A stretch of DNA of 64,000 nucleotides from an uncultured Bacillota bacterium. GTDB lineage: Bacteria; Sysuimicrobiota; Sysuimicrobiia; Sysuimicrobiales; Segetimicrobiaceae. Positions 19,814 to 29,424 of the stretch are shown in pieces (positions within the stretch are counted from its first letter, which is position 1; each line of letters begins with the position of its first letter). The notes below the pieces were generated by a model. That model made no database searches. It was given only the letters and a program-made list of their open reading frames with translations, and was not told where the DNA came from. The DNA is taken from assembly GCA_963787105.1 (NCBI GenBank), contig CAWBBU010000012.1:116189-180188 (forward strand), given 5' to 3'. A program made the translations under genes and the position numbers.

Positions 19814-21514
19814 ATGAGTGAGGACGCAGGCCGCACAACCGCGCCGGGCGCCGCCGCCCGGGCGATCAGGAGGTACGTGGTGCGCGCGTGGATCGTGATC
19901 GTGGTCGTGGTCCTTGCCGCGCTCCCGAGCCCATGGCTCGCGGAGCGGGCGTGGTCGGCGCCGGCGGCCCCGGTCGCGGGGGACGCGTTTGGGCTGGATC
20001 TGCCCCAGCCCGGCGCGCTGCCCGAGGGGGTGACATGGGGACGCGCGACGGCGGACTGGGCCGCGATTGAGCCGGCCCGGGGCACGTTCGTGTGGACGGA
20101 GCTGGACGCGCAGGTCCATGCGGCGGGCGCGGCCCACCTGCATCTCCTCGTGCTGCTTGAACACATGCCGCAGTGGGCCGCGCTCGAACCGACGGCGCCC
20201 CAGGCGGTCTGGCTGCATCAGCCTCCGAAGGAGATCGCCGACTGGGCGCTGTTCGTGCACGCCATCGTCCACCGCTACCTCGGCCGGGTGTCCGCGTGGC
20301 AGGTCGAGCCGTCGCTCGACCTCGTCGACTTTCGGGGCACGACCGCGGACTACCGCGAGATGCTGCATGTCGTGCGGCAGGAGTCGCAGCACGCCGATTC
20401 GCAGGCCCTCGTGGTGGCCGCCTCCCCGGGCGGGCTCGACCTGCCGTACACGAAGACGATGCTGACGGCGGCCGGCGGCGACTTCGACGCGATGATGCTG
20501 TACCCGCACGGCCGGCGGCCGGCGGAACTGCTGGAAGCGCTCGGCGTCATGCGCACGCGGCTTCTGTCCGGCGGGAGTCATCAACTGTGGCTGGACGGGA
20601 CGGGGTCGGTGGAGCCGGGACAGATCGCCGCGGCCGCGCTGGCCGGCGGGGTCGTACGCGAATTCTGGCCCCGCCTCGATCCGGGCGTGGCCACCGCCAT
20701 CCGGATGCTCGGCGGGGCCCGCTTCGTCGGCGCGGTCGACCGTGGACCCGAGATCGCGGTGTTCGTGTTCGAGAAGGCTGCCGGTCCGCTCGCGGTCGCG
20801 TGGGCGGAGTCCGGCACGCATGAGGTGCCGATCGCCACGACGGGCGCCGCCGCGCTCATTGGAGCGACGGGCCAGCCGATCGCGCCCTCCGGTGCTGCGG
20901 GGGTGGTGTCGCTCGGCGCCGCCCCGGTGTTTATCACGAACCCCGACCCCTCGCTCGTCCACGACGCGGCCGGCGCCGCTGCGCAGGGCCCCCCGTTGAT
21001 CCCGGTCGCCCCCGACCGCGACTTCGCGAAGGCCCCGGAGGTGTCGGCGCAGCTCGCGGCAGTGAACGTGGAGCACGGCCTGTATAACCAGATGTTCCGG
21101 ACCCTTCCCGCGGGGGCCGTGTTTCCGGTGACCGTCGACGGGATCGACGCGGTCCGCACCAATCCGAGCACGAACGCCGTGTACCTGTACTTTGACGTCG
21201 CGGACACGTACGCGTACTTCGACGATGGACGGTACGATCTGTTGATCACGGTCCAGGTGCACCGCGCCAGCGCCGCGCAGCTCGTGGGGTTCAATCTGCT
21301 GTACGATTCGATGACGGGCTACCGGTTCACGCCGTGGCAGTGGGTGGACGCCGGAGCCGGCTGGGCGACGTACACGGCGCGCCTGACCGACGCCGCCTTC
21401 GCGCACACCTGGGGCTGGGACTTTGCCATCAACGGGGCGGGCGACCAGAAAGAGCCGCTGGTGGTCCGCTCGGTCACCGTGACGCGCATCGCCCCCGGCG
21501 CGCGCACGCCGTAG
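19814..21514 (+). CDS. Exported clan GH-A-like TIM-barrel protein + beta-sandwich domain (catalytic motifs degenerate)
   Basis: WAAIEPARGTFVWTELD and FVHAIVHRY..VSAWQV. No NEP or ITE motif. Confidence 0.7.
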   Translation: MSEDAGRTTAPGAAARAIRRYVVRAWIVIVVVVLAALPSPWLAERAWSAPAAPVAGDAFGLDLPQPGALPEGVTWGRATADWAAIEPARGTFVWTELDAQVHAAGAAHLHLLVLLEHMPQWAALEPTAPQAVWLHQPPKEIADWALFVHAIVHRYLGRVSAWQVEPSLDLVDFRGTTADYREMLHVVRQESQHADSQALVVAASPGGLDLPYTKTMLTAAGGDFDAMMLYPHGRRPAELLEALGVMRTRLLSGGSHQLWLDGTGSVEPGQIAAAALAGGVVREFWPRLDPGVATAIRMLGGARFVGAVDRGPEIAVFVFEKAAGPLAVAWAESGTHEVPIATTGAAALIGATGQPIAPSGAAGVVSLGAAPVFITNPDPSLVHDAAGAAAQGPPLIPVAPDRDFAKAPEVSAQLAAVNVEHGLYNQMFRTLPAGAVFPVTVDGIDAVRTNPSTNAVYLYFDVADTYAYFDDGRYDLLITVQVHRASAAQLVGFNLLYDSMTGYRFTPWQWVDAGAGWATYTARLTDAAFAHTWGWDFAINGAGDQKEPLVVRSVTVTRIAPGARTP

Positions 21515-21546
21515 GAGACGCGCCGAACGTCGGCGCGGCGGCGCGG

Positions 21547-21576
21547 TTGCCCGGTGCGCAGCCGGTCGTGTATAAT
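21547..21576 (+). promoter_or_regulatory. sigma70 promoter TTGCCC-N18-TATAAT for rpsU
   Basis: Consensus -10 upstream of a ribosomal protein gene. Confidence 0.65.
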
Positions 21577-21626
21577 GGCGTCATCGTTGCAATCGTTTAG
21601 GGGTAGTTGCGCTGGAGGTGGGCCGA

Positions 21627-21797
21627 TTGACCGAGATTCGAGTTGGCAAAGACGAGACGCTCGACAGTGCCCTCCGCCGGTTCAAGCGTTCGGTCAAACG
21701 GTCCGGGATTCTTACCGACGCGAAGCGCCACGAGCACTACGAGAAGCCGAGCCAGAAGCGGCGCCGTCGCGCCGCCCGCCGCAATAAGCGCCACTAA
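21627..21797 (+). CDS. rpsU: 30S ribosomal protein S21 (56 aa, absent from the ORF track)
   Basis: TTG start after GGAGG; [36 protein letters not shown]. Confidence 0.95.
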   Translation: MTEIRVGKDETLDSALRRFKRSVKRSGILTDAKRHEHYEKPSQKRRRRAARRNKRH

Positions 21798-21927
21798 CAG
21801 CCCGGCCGGCGCGTGACCGCGGCGGCGCGCCCGGATCAGGCGGGCGGCCGCGCGTCCCGGTGGGTGGTGGCGGCCGCCATCGGCGGATCTCCCCGGTCGG
21901 TCGAAACCACCGTGTGCACGCAGGAGG

Positions 21928-22440
21928 GTGCGGGTGCCTCAGCCCCGGCGCAAGATGAAGCAGGCACATAGCGCCGGCGGCGTGGTGTTCCAACAGGACC
22001 CCGCCCGGGGCGAGGTGCGCCTGCTCCTCCTTCAGCACGAGACCGGCAAGTGGATGCTGCCGAAGGGCACGATCGAGCCGGGAGAAACCTCTGAGGCCGT
22101 GGCGCGCCGCGAGGTCGCGGAGGAAACCGGCATCCGCAACGTCCGCATGGTGTCCGACCTCGGCGAGGAGCGCTACGTCTTCTTCTGGAAGGCCGAGGAC
22201 ACGTACTACGACAAGACCGTCCACTACTATTTGATGGAATTTCTCGGCGGTGAGGACGCGACGCCCCAGCGTGAGGAAGGGTTCATTCGGTGCGAGTGGG
22301 CGACCTTCGCCGACGCGCTCGAGCGGATCAAGTATAAGGAGACCCGGCAGGTCGTCCGGCGCGCGCAGGCGGCGCTCGCGCGCATCGTGCCGTCGCTCGT
22401 GGTGCCCACGGAGGTGTCGGATGGTTCCGGAGCGGCCTGA
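21928..22440 (+). CDS. NUDIX hydrolase (Ap4A hydrolase-like)
   Basis: SAGGVVF and Nudix box LPKGTIEPGETSEAVARREVAEETG. Confidence 0.9.
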   Translation: MRVPQPRRKMKQAHSAGGVVFQQDPARGEVRLLLLQHETGKWMLPKGTIEPGETSEAVARREVAEETGIRNVRMVSDLGEERYVFFWKAEDTYYDKTVHYYLMEFLGGEDATPQREEGFIRCEWATFADALERIKYKETRQVVRRAQAALARIVPSLVVPTEVSDGSGAA

Positions 22441-23773
22441 GGGCGCCGCGCCGCGCGCGGCCGAGGCGGCGGGGTCCCCCGCGGCGCTGCCGTCCGACGC
22501 GGAGCGGGACCGGCTGGTGGCGGAGACGTTCGACCGCTACCGCCGCTATCTCAATCCTGGGCTCGCGCGCCTCTTCAAGTTCGGCGGATCGGAGACGGTC
22601 GAGTGGGCCGCGTCCGGGTGTCTCGTGTGGGACGTGCACGGGCGCGAATACGTGGACTGCGCGTGCGGCCCCGCAATCTTCAACATCGGCCACCGCCATC
22701 CGCGCGTGCTCGCGGCCGTGCGCGATCAACTCGATCGGATCCCGATGTCCGTGCGCACGATGCCGAGCGCGCCGCAGGCGGAGCTCGCCGAGCGGCTCGC
22801 CGCGGTGACGCCGGGCGACCTCCAGTACAGCTTCTTCTGCAACAGCGGCGCCGAGGCGGTCGAAGGGGCGCTCAAGCTCGCGCGTCTCGCGACCGGCCGC
22901 CCAGGGTTCGTCGCGATGCGGGACGGGTTTCACGGCAAGACGTTCGGGGCCCTGTCGGCGACCGGCCGCGAATACTACCGCGCGCCGTTCGAGCCGCTCG
23001 TCCCGGGATTTGTGCACGTGCCGTTCGGCGACGCCGCGGCCATCGAGCAGGCGATTGGCGCCGAGACGGCCGCGGTGATCCTCGAGCCGATCCAGGGCGA
23101 GGCGGGCGTGATCGTCCCCCCGGCGGGCTACCTCCGCGAGGTCCGGGCGATCTGCGACCGCCGCGGCGTGCTCCTGATCGCCGACGAGATTCAGACCGGG
23201 CTCGGGCGCACGGGGCGGATGTTCGCGGTGGACCATGAGGCCGTGACCCCCGACATCATGACGGTCGCGAAGGCCCTCGGCGGCGGCGTGATGCCGATCG
23301 GCGCATTCATCGCCCGGCCGGCGCTGTGGCAGGAGTTTCAGCGGCAGCCGTACATCCACTCGACGACGTTCGGCGGGAATCCGCTGGCCTGCCGCGCGGC
23401 GATCGCGACGCTCGCGGTGCTCGACGAGGAGCGCCTCCCGGACCGCGCGGAGGCGATGGGCCGGTACTTCTTCGAGGGCCTCACGGAGCTCCAGCGCCGG
23501 CACCCCTCGGTCGTGCGCGACGTGCGCGGGCGAGGGCTCATGCTCGGCATGGAGTTCACCCACAGCGACTACGCGCTGATGACGGCCGCGGAGGCGGGGC
23601 ACCGCGGGGTGATCACCTTCTACACGCTCAATAACCCCGAGGTGATTCGCATTGAGCCGCCGCTTACGATCACGCCCGAGCTGATCGACCGGGCCATCGC
23701 GGGGCTCGACGGCGCGATCGCCGAGGCCTCGCGGGTGCTCGCGCCGGTGCGCGCGGCCGCGGACGGCGCGTGA
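22421..23773 (+). CDS. patA: Class III PLP aminotransferase, putrescine aminotransferase-like
   Basis: FNIGHRHP, NSGAEAVE, FHGKTFGALS, DEIQTGLGRTG, AKALGGG. Confidence 0.75.
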   Translation: MVPERPEGAAPRAAEAAGSPAALPSDAERDRLVAETFDRYRRYLNPGLARLFKFGGSETVEWAASGCLVWDVHGREYVDCACGPAIFNIGHRHPRVLAAVRDQLDRIPMSVRTMPSAPQAELAERLAAVTPGDLQYSFFCNSGAEAVEGALKLARLATGRPGFVAMRDGFHGKTFGALSATGREYYRAPFEPLVPGFVHVPFGDAAAIEQAIGAETAAVILEPIQGEAGVIVPPAGYLREVRAICDRRGVLLIADEIQTGLGRTGRMFAVDHEAVTPDIMTVAKALGGGVMPIGAFIARPALWQEFQRQPYIHSTTFGGNPLACRAAIATLAVLDEERLPDRAEAMGRYFFEGLTELQRRHPSVVRDVRGRGLMLGMEFTHSDYALMTAAEAGHRGVITFYTLNNPEVIRIEPPLTITPELIDRAIAGLDGAIAEASRVLAPVRAAADGA

Positions 23774-26490
23774 CCGCCCGGCCGCTGGCGCCGGGGACCA
23801 GCGCGGACGAGGTCCGCGAGACGTTCCTCCGCTACTTCGAGGCCCAGGGACATACCCGCGTGCCGAGCGCGTCGCTCGTGCCGGCCGGCGATCCGACGCT
23901 CCTGTTCACGAACGCCGGGATGGTGCAGTTCAAGGACGTGTTCCTCGGCATCGAGCCGCGGTCGTACCCGCGGGCGACGACCGCGCAGAAGTGCATGCGC
24001 GTCAGCGGCAAGCACAACGACCTCGAAAACGTCGGCCCGTCCCCCCGGCACCATACGTTCTTCGAGATGCTCGGCAACTTCAGCTTCGGCGATTATTTCA
24101 AGCGCGAGGCCATCCGGTTCGCGTGGGAGCTCGTGACCGGGGCGTTTGGGATCGCGCCGGACCGGCTCGTGTTCACCGTGCTGGCCGACGACGACGAGGC
24201 CGCCGCGGCGTGGGCGGCGCTCGGGGTGCCCGCCGCGCGCGTGCTGCGGATGGGCGACGCGACGAACTTCTGGACGATGGGCGATGTCGGTCCGTGCGGC
24301 CCGACGAGCGAGCTGCACTACGATCGAGGCCCGGATGCGTGCACATGCCGGCGGCCCGACTGCAGTGTGCAGCTCGACAACGGCTGCGGCCGCTGGCTCG
24401 AGATCTGGAACCTGGTCTTCATGCAGTACAACCAGGCCGCGACGGGCGAGCGCACCCCGCTGCCGAAGCCGGGCGTCGACACCGGGATGGGGCTTGAGCG
24501 GATCGTGTCGGTGCTCCAAGACGTGCCGACGAATTACGACACCGATCTGTTTCTGCCGATCCTCGACGGTATCCAGCACGAGATCCTCGGGGAGAGCGAC
24601 GCCGAGCGCGCGGCCCACACGGTGGCCTACCGCGTGCTCGCCGACCACGGCCGCGCGATGACGTTCCTGGTGTCGGACGGCGTGCTCCCGGGGAACGAAG
24701 GCCGCGGCTACGTGCTCCGTATGATCATGCGCCGCGCGCTCAGGTACGCGCGGCAGATGCGCGGGGGCACGCCGCCGAGCCACGAGGCGCTGCCGCTGCT
24801 TCCGCGCGTGGCCGATCTCGTGATCCGGCAGATGCGCCGGGCGTATCCGGAGCTCGAGCGGGAGCGCGCCCACGTGCACGAGGTGCTCGCCGCCGAGGAG
24901 GCGCGCTTCGAGCGCACGCTCGACGCGGGCCTTGAGCGCCTGGACGCGCTGATCGCCGAGACGCGCGCGCGCGGCCTCGCGGTCCTGCCCGGCGCCGAGG
25001 TGTTCCGACTGTACGACACGTACGGGTTCCCGCCCGACCTGACGCGCGACGTCGCGCGCGAGCAGGGGCTCGAGATCGATGATGCGGGGTTTGCCGACGA
25101 GATGACGCGGCAGCGTGAGCGGTCGCGCGGCGCCGTGGCGTTCCGGTTCGACGCGCCGGACCGGTCGCTGTACACGGAGCTCCGGGATGCGGTGGGGGAG
25201 ACGGTGTTCGTCGGCTACGACACCCTCGAGGCCGACGCGCGGGTCCTGGCGCTCCTCGCGGGCGGCCGCCGCGTGGACGCCGTCGACGAGGGGCAGGACG
25301 TTGAGGTGGTGTCGGACCGCACGCCGTTCTACGCGGAGTCCGGCGGCCAGGTGGGGGACACCGGTGAGATGCGCGCGCCGGGCGGTACCGTCGCGATCGC
25401 CGACACGCAGCGTCCCGTGCCCGGGCTGTGGGTCCACCGCGGCCGCGTGACCCGGGGGGGCGTGCGCGTCGGTGATCCCGTGCATCTGGCCGTCGATGCC
25501 GCCCGCCGGGGAGACATCACACGCAACCACACCGCCACGCATCTGCTGCACCGGGCGCTGCAGGAGGTGCTCGGCGACCACGCCCGTCAGGCCGGCTCGC
25601 TCGTGGCGCCGGACCGGCTGCGGTTCGATTTTGTCCAACCGGCCCCGGTGACTCCGTCGGATCTCGCGCGGATCGAGGATCGCGTGAACGAGCAGATCGT
25701 GGCCGCGCTTCCGGTCGTGACCACCGTGAAGCGGTACGATGATGCGGTCGCGTCCGGCGCCATGGCCCTGTTCGGGGAGAAATATGGCGATGAGGTGCGT
25801 GTTGTCACGGTGGACGACTACAGCCGCGAGCTCTGCGGGGGCACGCACGTGGGCAGGACATCCGAGATCGAGCTGTTTCTGTTGACCGGAGAGGGCTCGG
25901 TCGGCTCGGGCGTCCGGCGGATCGAGGCGGCGACTGGGCGCGGCGCCGTCGAGCGGCTGCACGACGCCGAGGTGAAGCTGCGTGAGGCGGCCGCGGAGCT
26001 GCGGGTCTCGCCCGACGCGCTGCCGGCCCGGGTGGCGCAGTTGAGCGAGCGCCGGCGTGCGGCCGAACGGGCGGCCGAGCGGGCCCAGGTGGGCGCCGCG
26101 GTGCCCGATCTCGAGTCGCTGGCCCGCGCCGCGCGCGACGTGGACGGGATCGCGGTGGTTGGGGCGACCGTCGCGGGCGCCACACAGGGCGCGCTCCGCG
26201 CGCTCGGCGACCGCCTCAAGCTGAAATTCCCCGCGGGGGTCGTGGTCGCGGCGGGCGGCGCCGACGGGCGCGTGGAGATCGTGGTGATGGCAACGCCGGG
26301 CGCGGTCGCGCGCGGCGCCGCGGCGTCCAAGGTCATGCAGGCGCTGAACCGGCGGCTCGGCACGCGCGGCGGCGGCCGACCTGAGCTCGCGCAGGGCGGC
26401 GGCGGCGATCCCGCCCGGTTGGCCGAGGTGATGGCGGCGCTCCCCGACATCGTGCGCGAGGTGCTCACCGCCTCAGGGGTGCAGCGGTGA
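23770..26490 (+). CDS. alaS: Alanine--tRNA ligase
   Basis: DPTLLFTNAGM, HHTFFEMLGNFS, NHTATHLLH, ELCGGTH, GGGRP. Confidence 0.98.
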   Translation: MTARPLAPGTSADEVRETFLRYFEAQGHTRVPSASLVPAGDPTLLFTNAGMVQFKDVFLGIEPRSYPRATTAQKCMRVSGKHNDLENVGPSPRHHTFFEMLGNFSFGDYFKREAIRFAWELVTGAFGIAPDRLVFTVLADDDEAAAAWAALGVPAARVLRMGDATNFWTMGDVGPCGPTSELHYDRGPDACTCRRPDCSVQLDNGCGRWLEIWNLVFMQYNQAATGERTPLPKPGVDTGMGLERIVSVLQDVPTNYDTDLFLPILDGIQHEILGESDAERAAHTVAYRVLADHGRAMTFLVSDGVLPGNEGRGYVLRMIMRRALRYARQMRGGTPPSHEALPLLPRVADLVIRQMRRAYPELERERAHVHEVLAAEEARFERTLDAGLERLDALIAETRARGLAVLPGAEVFRLYDTYGFPPDLTRDVAREQGLEIDDAGFADEMTRQRERSRGAVAFRFDAPDRSLYTELRDAVGETVFVGYDTLEADARVLALLAGGRRVDAVDEGQDVEVVSDRTPFYAESGGQVGDTGEMRAPGGTVAIADTQRPVPGLWVHRGRVTRGGVRVGDPVHLAVDAARRGDITRNHTATHLLHRALQEVLGDHARQAGSLVAPDRLRFDFVQPAPVTPSDLARIEDRVNEQIVAALPVVTTVKRYDDAVASGAMALFGEKYGDEVRVVTVDDYSRELCGGTHVGRTSEIELFLLTGEGSVGSGVRRIEAATGRGAVERLHDAEVKLREAAAELRVSPDALPARVAQLSERRRAAERAAERAQVGAAVPDLESLARAARDVDGIAVVGATVAGATQGALRALGDRLKLKFPAGVVVAAGGADGRVEIVVMATPGAVARGAAASKVMQALNRRLGTRGGGRPELAQGGGGDPARLAEVMAALPDIVREVLTASGVQR

Positions 26491-26927
26491 CGCCGGTCCT
26501 CGGCATCGACCTCGGCACGAAGCGGATCGGCGTGGCGTTGAGCGATCCGACCGAGACCCTGGCGTCGCCCCTCGGCACCGTACCCGCCCGATCAAGCCGG
26601 GCGGATGTGGCGCACCTCGCGGCACTCTGCACGGAGCACCACGTGACCGGCGTGGTCGTCGGCTGGCCGCGCAACATGGACGGGACGCGAGGGCCCGCGG
26701 CCGAGCGGGCGGAGGAGTTCGCCGAGCGGCTCCGTGCGGCAACCGGGCTTCCGGTGCATCTTTGGGACGAGCGCCTGTCCACGGTCGCAGCCGAGCGGGC
26801 GTTGATCGATGCCGGCGCCCGGCGCCGGCGCCGGCGGGACGTCCGAGACCGGGTCGCCGCCGTGTTCTTCTTGCAGGCCTTCCTTGACGCCCGGGCGAGG
26901 CGTCTTACAATCGACGCGTCAGGGTAG
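26487..26927 (+). CDS. ruvX: RuvX/YqgF pre-16S rRNA nuclease
   Basis: GIDLGTKRIGVALSDP and WDERLST, directly after alaS. Confidence 0.95.
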   Translation: MTPVLGIDLGTKRIGVALSDPTETLASPLGTVPARSSRADVAHLAALCTEHHVTGVVVGWPRNMDGTRGPAAERAEEFAERLRAATGLPVHLWDERLSTVAAERALIDAGARRRRRRDVRDRVAAVFFLQAFLDARARRLTIDASG

Positions 26928-26963
26928 ATGAGGTACAATAGGGCCGTGGATAGGGGGGACGTC

Positions 26964-28320
26964 ATGACAGGGCGTCGCGCAGCCGCATCGCGCGGCCGGC
27001 TCCGGCTGTTTGTGCCGGGATTGCGCCGCGGGTACTCCGCATCAACGTCGTCCCATGGCGGTGTGTCCAGCTTCGGCCGCATGGCGTCGGCGGTGTGCAT
27101 GCTCACCGTCTGCGTGCTCACCGGCGTGGCGCTGCCGGGCGGGGCGGCGCTGCCGCTTCCAACCGCGCCGGCCCCAGCCATGCCGAGCATCCCGGGTGGC
27201 TCGGAGCCGTCCAACGCGGCCAACCCTGGCATCGAGCCCGGGATCTCGATCGGCCCGGCGTCGCTCGGCATGCAGGCCGATCAGCTGCGCGCTGCGCTCG
27301 GAGGCTCCATCCCGGGACGTCCCGGCGAGTTGGTCTTCCCCCGGTGGCGAATCACCGCGACGATGTCCGCCGGGAGCGCGACGCAACTCACCACCACGAA
27401 TCCCACCCTGCGGACACCGACGGGGGCGGGGGTAGGGACGGCCGAAGCGCAAGCGGTGCCGCTCGTCGGTGACTTCAACACCGCGATGACCCGGACGCAG
27501 ATCGGCGCCATCACGTCGGTGCTGTTCCCGTTCCAGGGTGTCGGATTCTTGTTTCAGAATTCACGCGCGACCGCCGTGTACGTCGTGCAGCGCATCCCGC
27601 TCGTGCCCTCGGTGACGGCGCCGCGGGCCGGTGAGCCCGGGACCCCATCGGGTACGGCCGCGGCCGCGACGCCCGAGACCGGCGCGCCCGCTCCAAGCGC
27701 CGCGCCGTCCGGGAAGGCGGCGCTCGATGTCCGCGGCCTCGCGGAGACGATCAACGGGGCGGGCGTCCTGCAGGTCACGGGGCAGGTGGCCAATGTCGGC
27801 GTCGGGCCATCCGGCGCGGTGACCTTGGTCGTCGACGTTTACCCGGCAGAGCGGCGCGCAGATTCAGCAGCAGGTGGGCGTCCCCGGTCCGGTTGCACCC
27901 GGTGCGACGGCGCCCTTTGCCGTGACCGCGGTCATCGGCACCGATCTGATCACCCGCTACGCGATCGTAGGAAACGCGGACTCGGGAATCGCGGAGGTCG
28001 GGCGCGCGATTCCGTTCTCGGAATACTCCGCGTTCGCCATCCGGCAGGTGCAGGTCAACGTGGCGTTGGGCGCCCCCGTCGGGACCGGCAACGGCGTGCA
28101 GGCGATCGTCACCATCACCAGCACCGGTGCGATTCCCGCCGTCTGGGTGCGCGACGTGACCGTGCAGATCCCATTTTCGAACGGGGGCTCCACGACCGTG
28201 CATCTCACGCCCGGACAGTCGCCGACGGTGGTCGTGCCGTCGGTGCCGGGAGTCGGTGTGAACAACGGGCAGCTGTTCGGGGCCCCGCAGATCGTCTCCG
28301 TCACGCTGGGCACGAGCTAG
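26964..28320 (+). CDS. Exported protein: IxPGxxIG-type domain + FxLYD-like beta-sandwich(es) (frameshift near 27835)
   Basis: IEPGISIGPASLG..RTPTGAGVGT; LQVTGQVANVG; VAPGATAPF. Confidence 0.65.
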
Positions 28321-28484
28321 CGCAACGGCCGGAGCACGCACGGCTGGCGCAGGCGTACAGGTGATCGCGGGCCGCACGGCGTATCGTAGGCGTCGGAACG
28401 CGCCGATGCGGTGCGGGCGCGGCTCGATATCGTAGGGTGCCGTCGGGGCGAGGAGCTCCGGGGGCGCATAAGGGGGAGACCGGG

Positions 28485-29078
28485 ATGACAGCGCGGACTT
28501 GGGTGGCGAGGGCCGCCGGGGCGGTACTGCTGGTGTGCATCGTCTCGCTCGGAGCATCGGCGCAGACGGTGTCGGGTCCGCCGCCTGGCTTTCCGGGTCA
28601 TCCCGCGAGCCCGCCACCGTTGATCGTGCCAGGCCGGAGTATCGGGAATTGGAACCTCAACAGCACCATCCAAGATTTTATCGGCGCGTTTCAAGCCGAA
28701 TTTCCGCTGAACCTCAGCCAGCCGTCGCCGACGTTTCAAAAGAGCCTCTGGTATCACGAGTGGCACGATCCGAATCCCGACCTCATCGCGCTGACGCCTC
28801 CCGCGTCGATGACGCTCGTCGCGCTCGGCACCTTCGATAAGGCCTACCGGACGCCAGAGATGATCGGCGTCGGTTCCACCGCCCAGCAGATCAATGCGGC
28901 GTATAACGCGCCGCAGATTACGCTGCGGCCCGGTGTCGGCCCCGAGACCCTGATCTATAACGATCTCGGCATCGCGTTCGACCTGACCTACGACGCGATG
29001 GCCAAGGGCTACAGTGTCGTCGAACGGGTGTACGTGTTTCGCGTAGGTCAAGCCGCATCGGTATGGGTGGTGCCATGA
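28485..29078 (+). CDS. Exported hypothetical protein (IVPGRSIG..YRTPEMIGVGS family)
   Basis: Signal peptide. Shares motifs with the 26964 and 60485 proteins. Confidence 0.75.
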   Translation: MTARTWVARAAGAVLLVCIVSLGASAQTVSGPPPGFPGHPASPPPLIVPGRSIGNWNLNSTIQDFIGAFQAEFPLNLSQPSPTFQKSLWYHEWHDPNPDLIALTPPASMTLVALGTFDKAYRTPEMIGVGSTAQQINAAYNAPQITLRPGVGPETLIYNDLGIAFDLTYDAMAKGYSVVERVYVFRVGQAASVWVVP

Positions 29079-29109
29079 ACGGGAGCGGTGAAGCGCGCGG
29101 CCCCACGCC

Positions 29110-29139
29110 TTGACAAACATGGGGGGGCTGTGATTAACT
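29110..29139 (+). promoter_or_regulatory. Putative sigma70 promoter (TTGACA -35) for the riboswitch-pilT transcript
   Basis: Consensus TTGACA at 29110 with a weak -10 (TGATTAACT). Confidence 0.5.
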
Positions 29140-29160
29140 GCTCGTAACAGAATAGTTCCT

Positions 29161-29271
29161 ACGAATCCGTAGGGGCAAACCCGGAGAGATCCGGGGACGC
29201 AAAGCCACGGGACAGGTCGGGCACGCCGCAGGTGGGCGGGCTCGGCAAGTCAGCCGGGTTGTCGGATCCGT
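29161..29271 (+). ncRNA. GEMM-I / c-di-GMP-I class riboswitch aptamer (G20, U92 variant)
   Basis: GGCAAAC-CCGGA GAGA TCCGG-GGACGCAAAGCCACGGG...CAGCCGGGTTGTCGG. P1 is ACGAATCCG/CGGATCCGT, with a GNRA loop on P2. Confidence 0.92.
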
Positions 29272-29277
29272 GATCGG

Positions 29278-29316
29278 GTCCCTCCCGTCTCGTGTACCGC
29301 GCGGAGGGGCTTTTTT
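29278..29316 (+). terminator. Intrinsic terminator (riboswitch expression platform)
   Basis: GTCCCTCC..GGAGGGGC stem followed by TTTTTT, between the aptamer and pilT. Confidence 0.8.
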
Positions 29317-29424
29317 ATCTCTCCGGAAGACGCGGGCGTCACGCGCGGCGGGTGAAGGCTTGCGGGTCGACATACCTCCGGGCGGAACGCTCGAGACCGA
29401 ACTGTACTAGGGGTGCGAGAGGCA

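Noticed and set aside
28382-28436. TATCGTAGG direct repeat 46 bp apart
   Set aside because: Only two short copies; not a CRISPR array or a recognisable operator.
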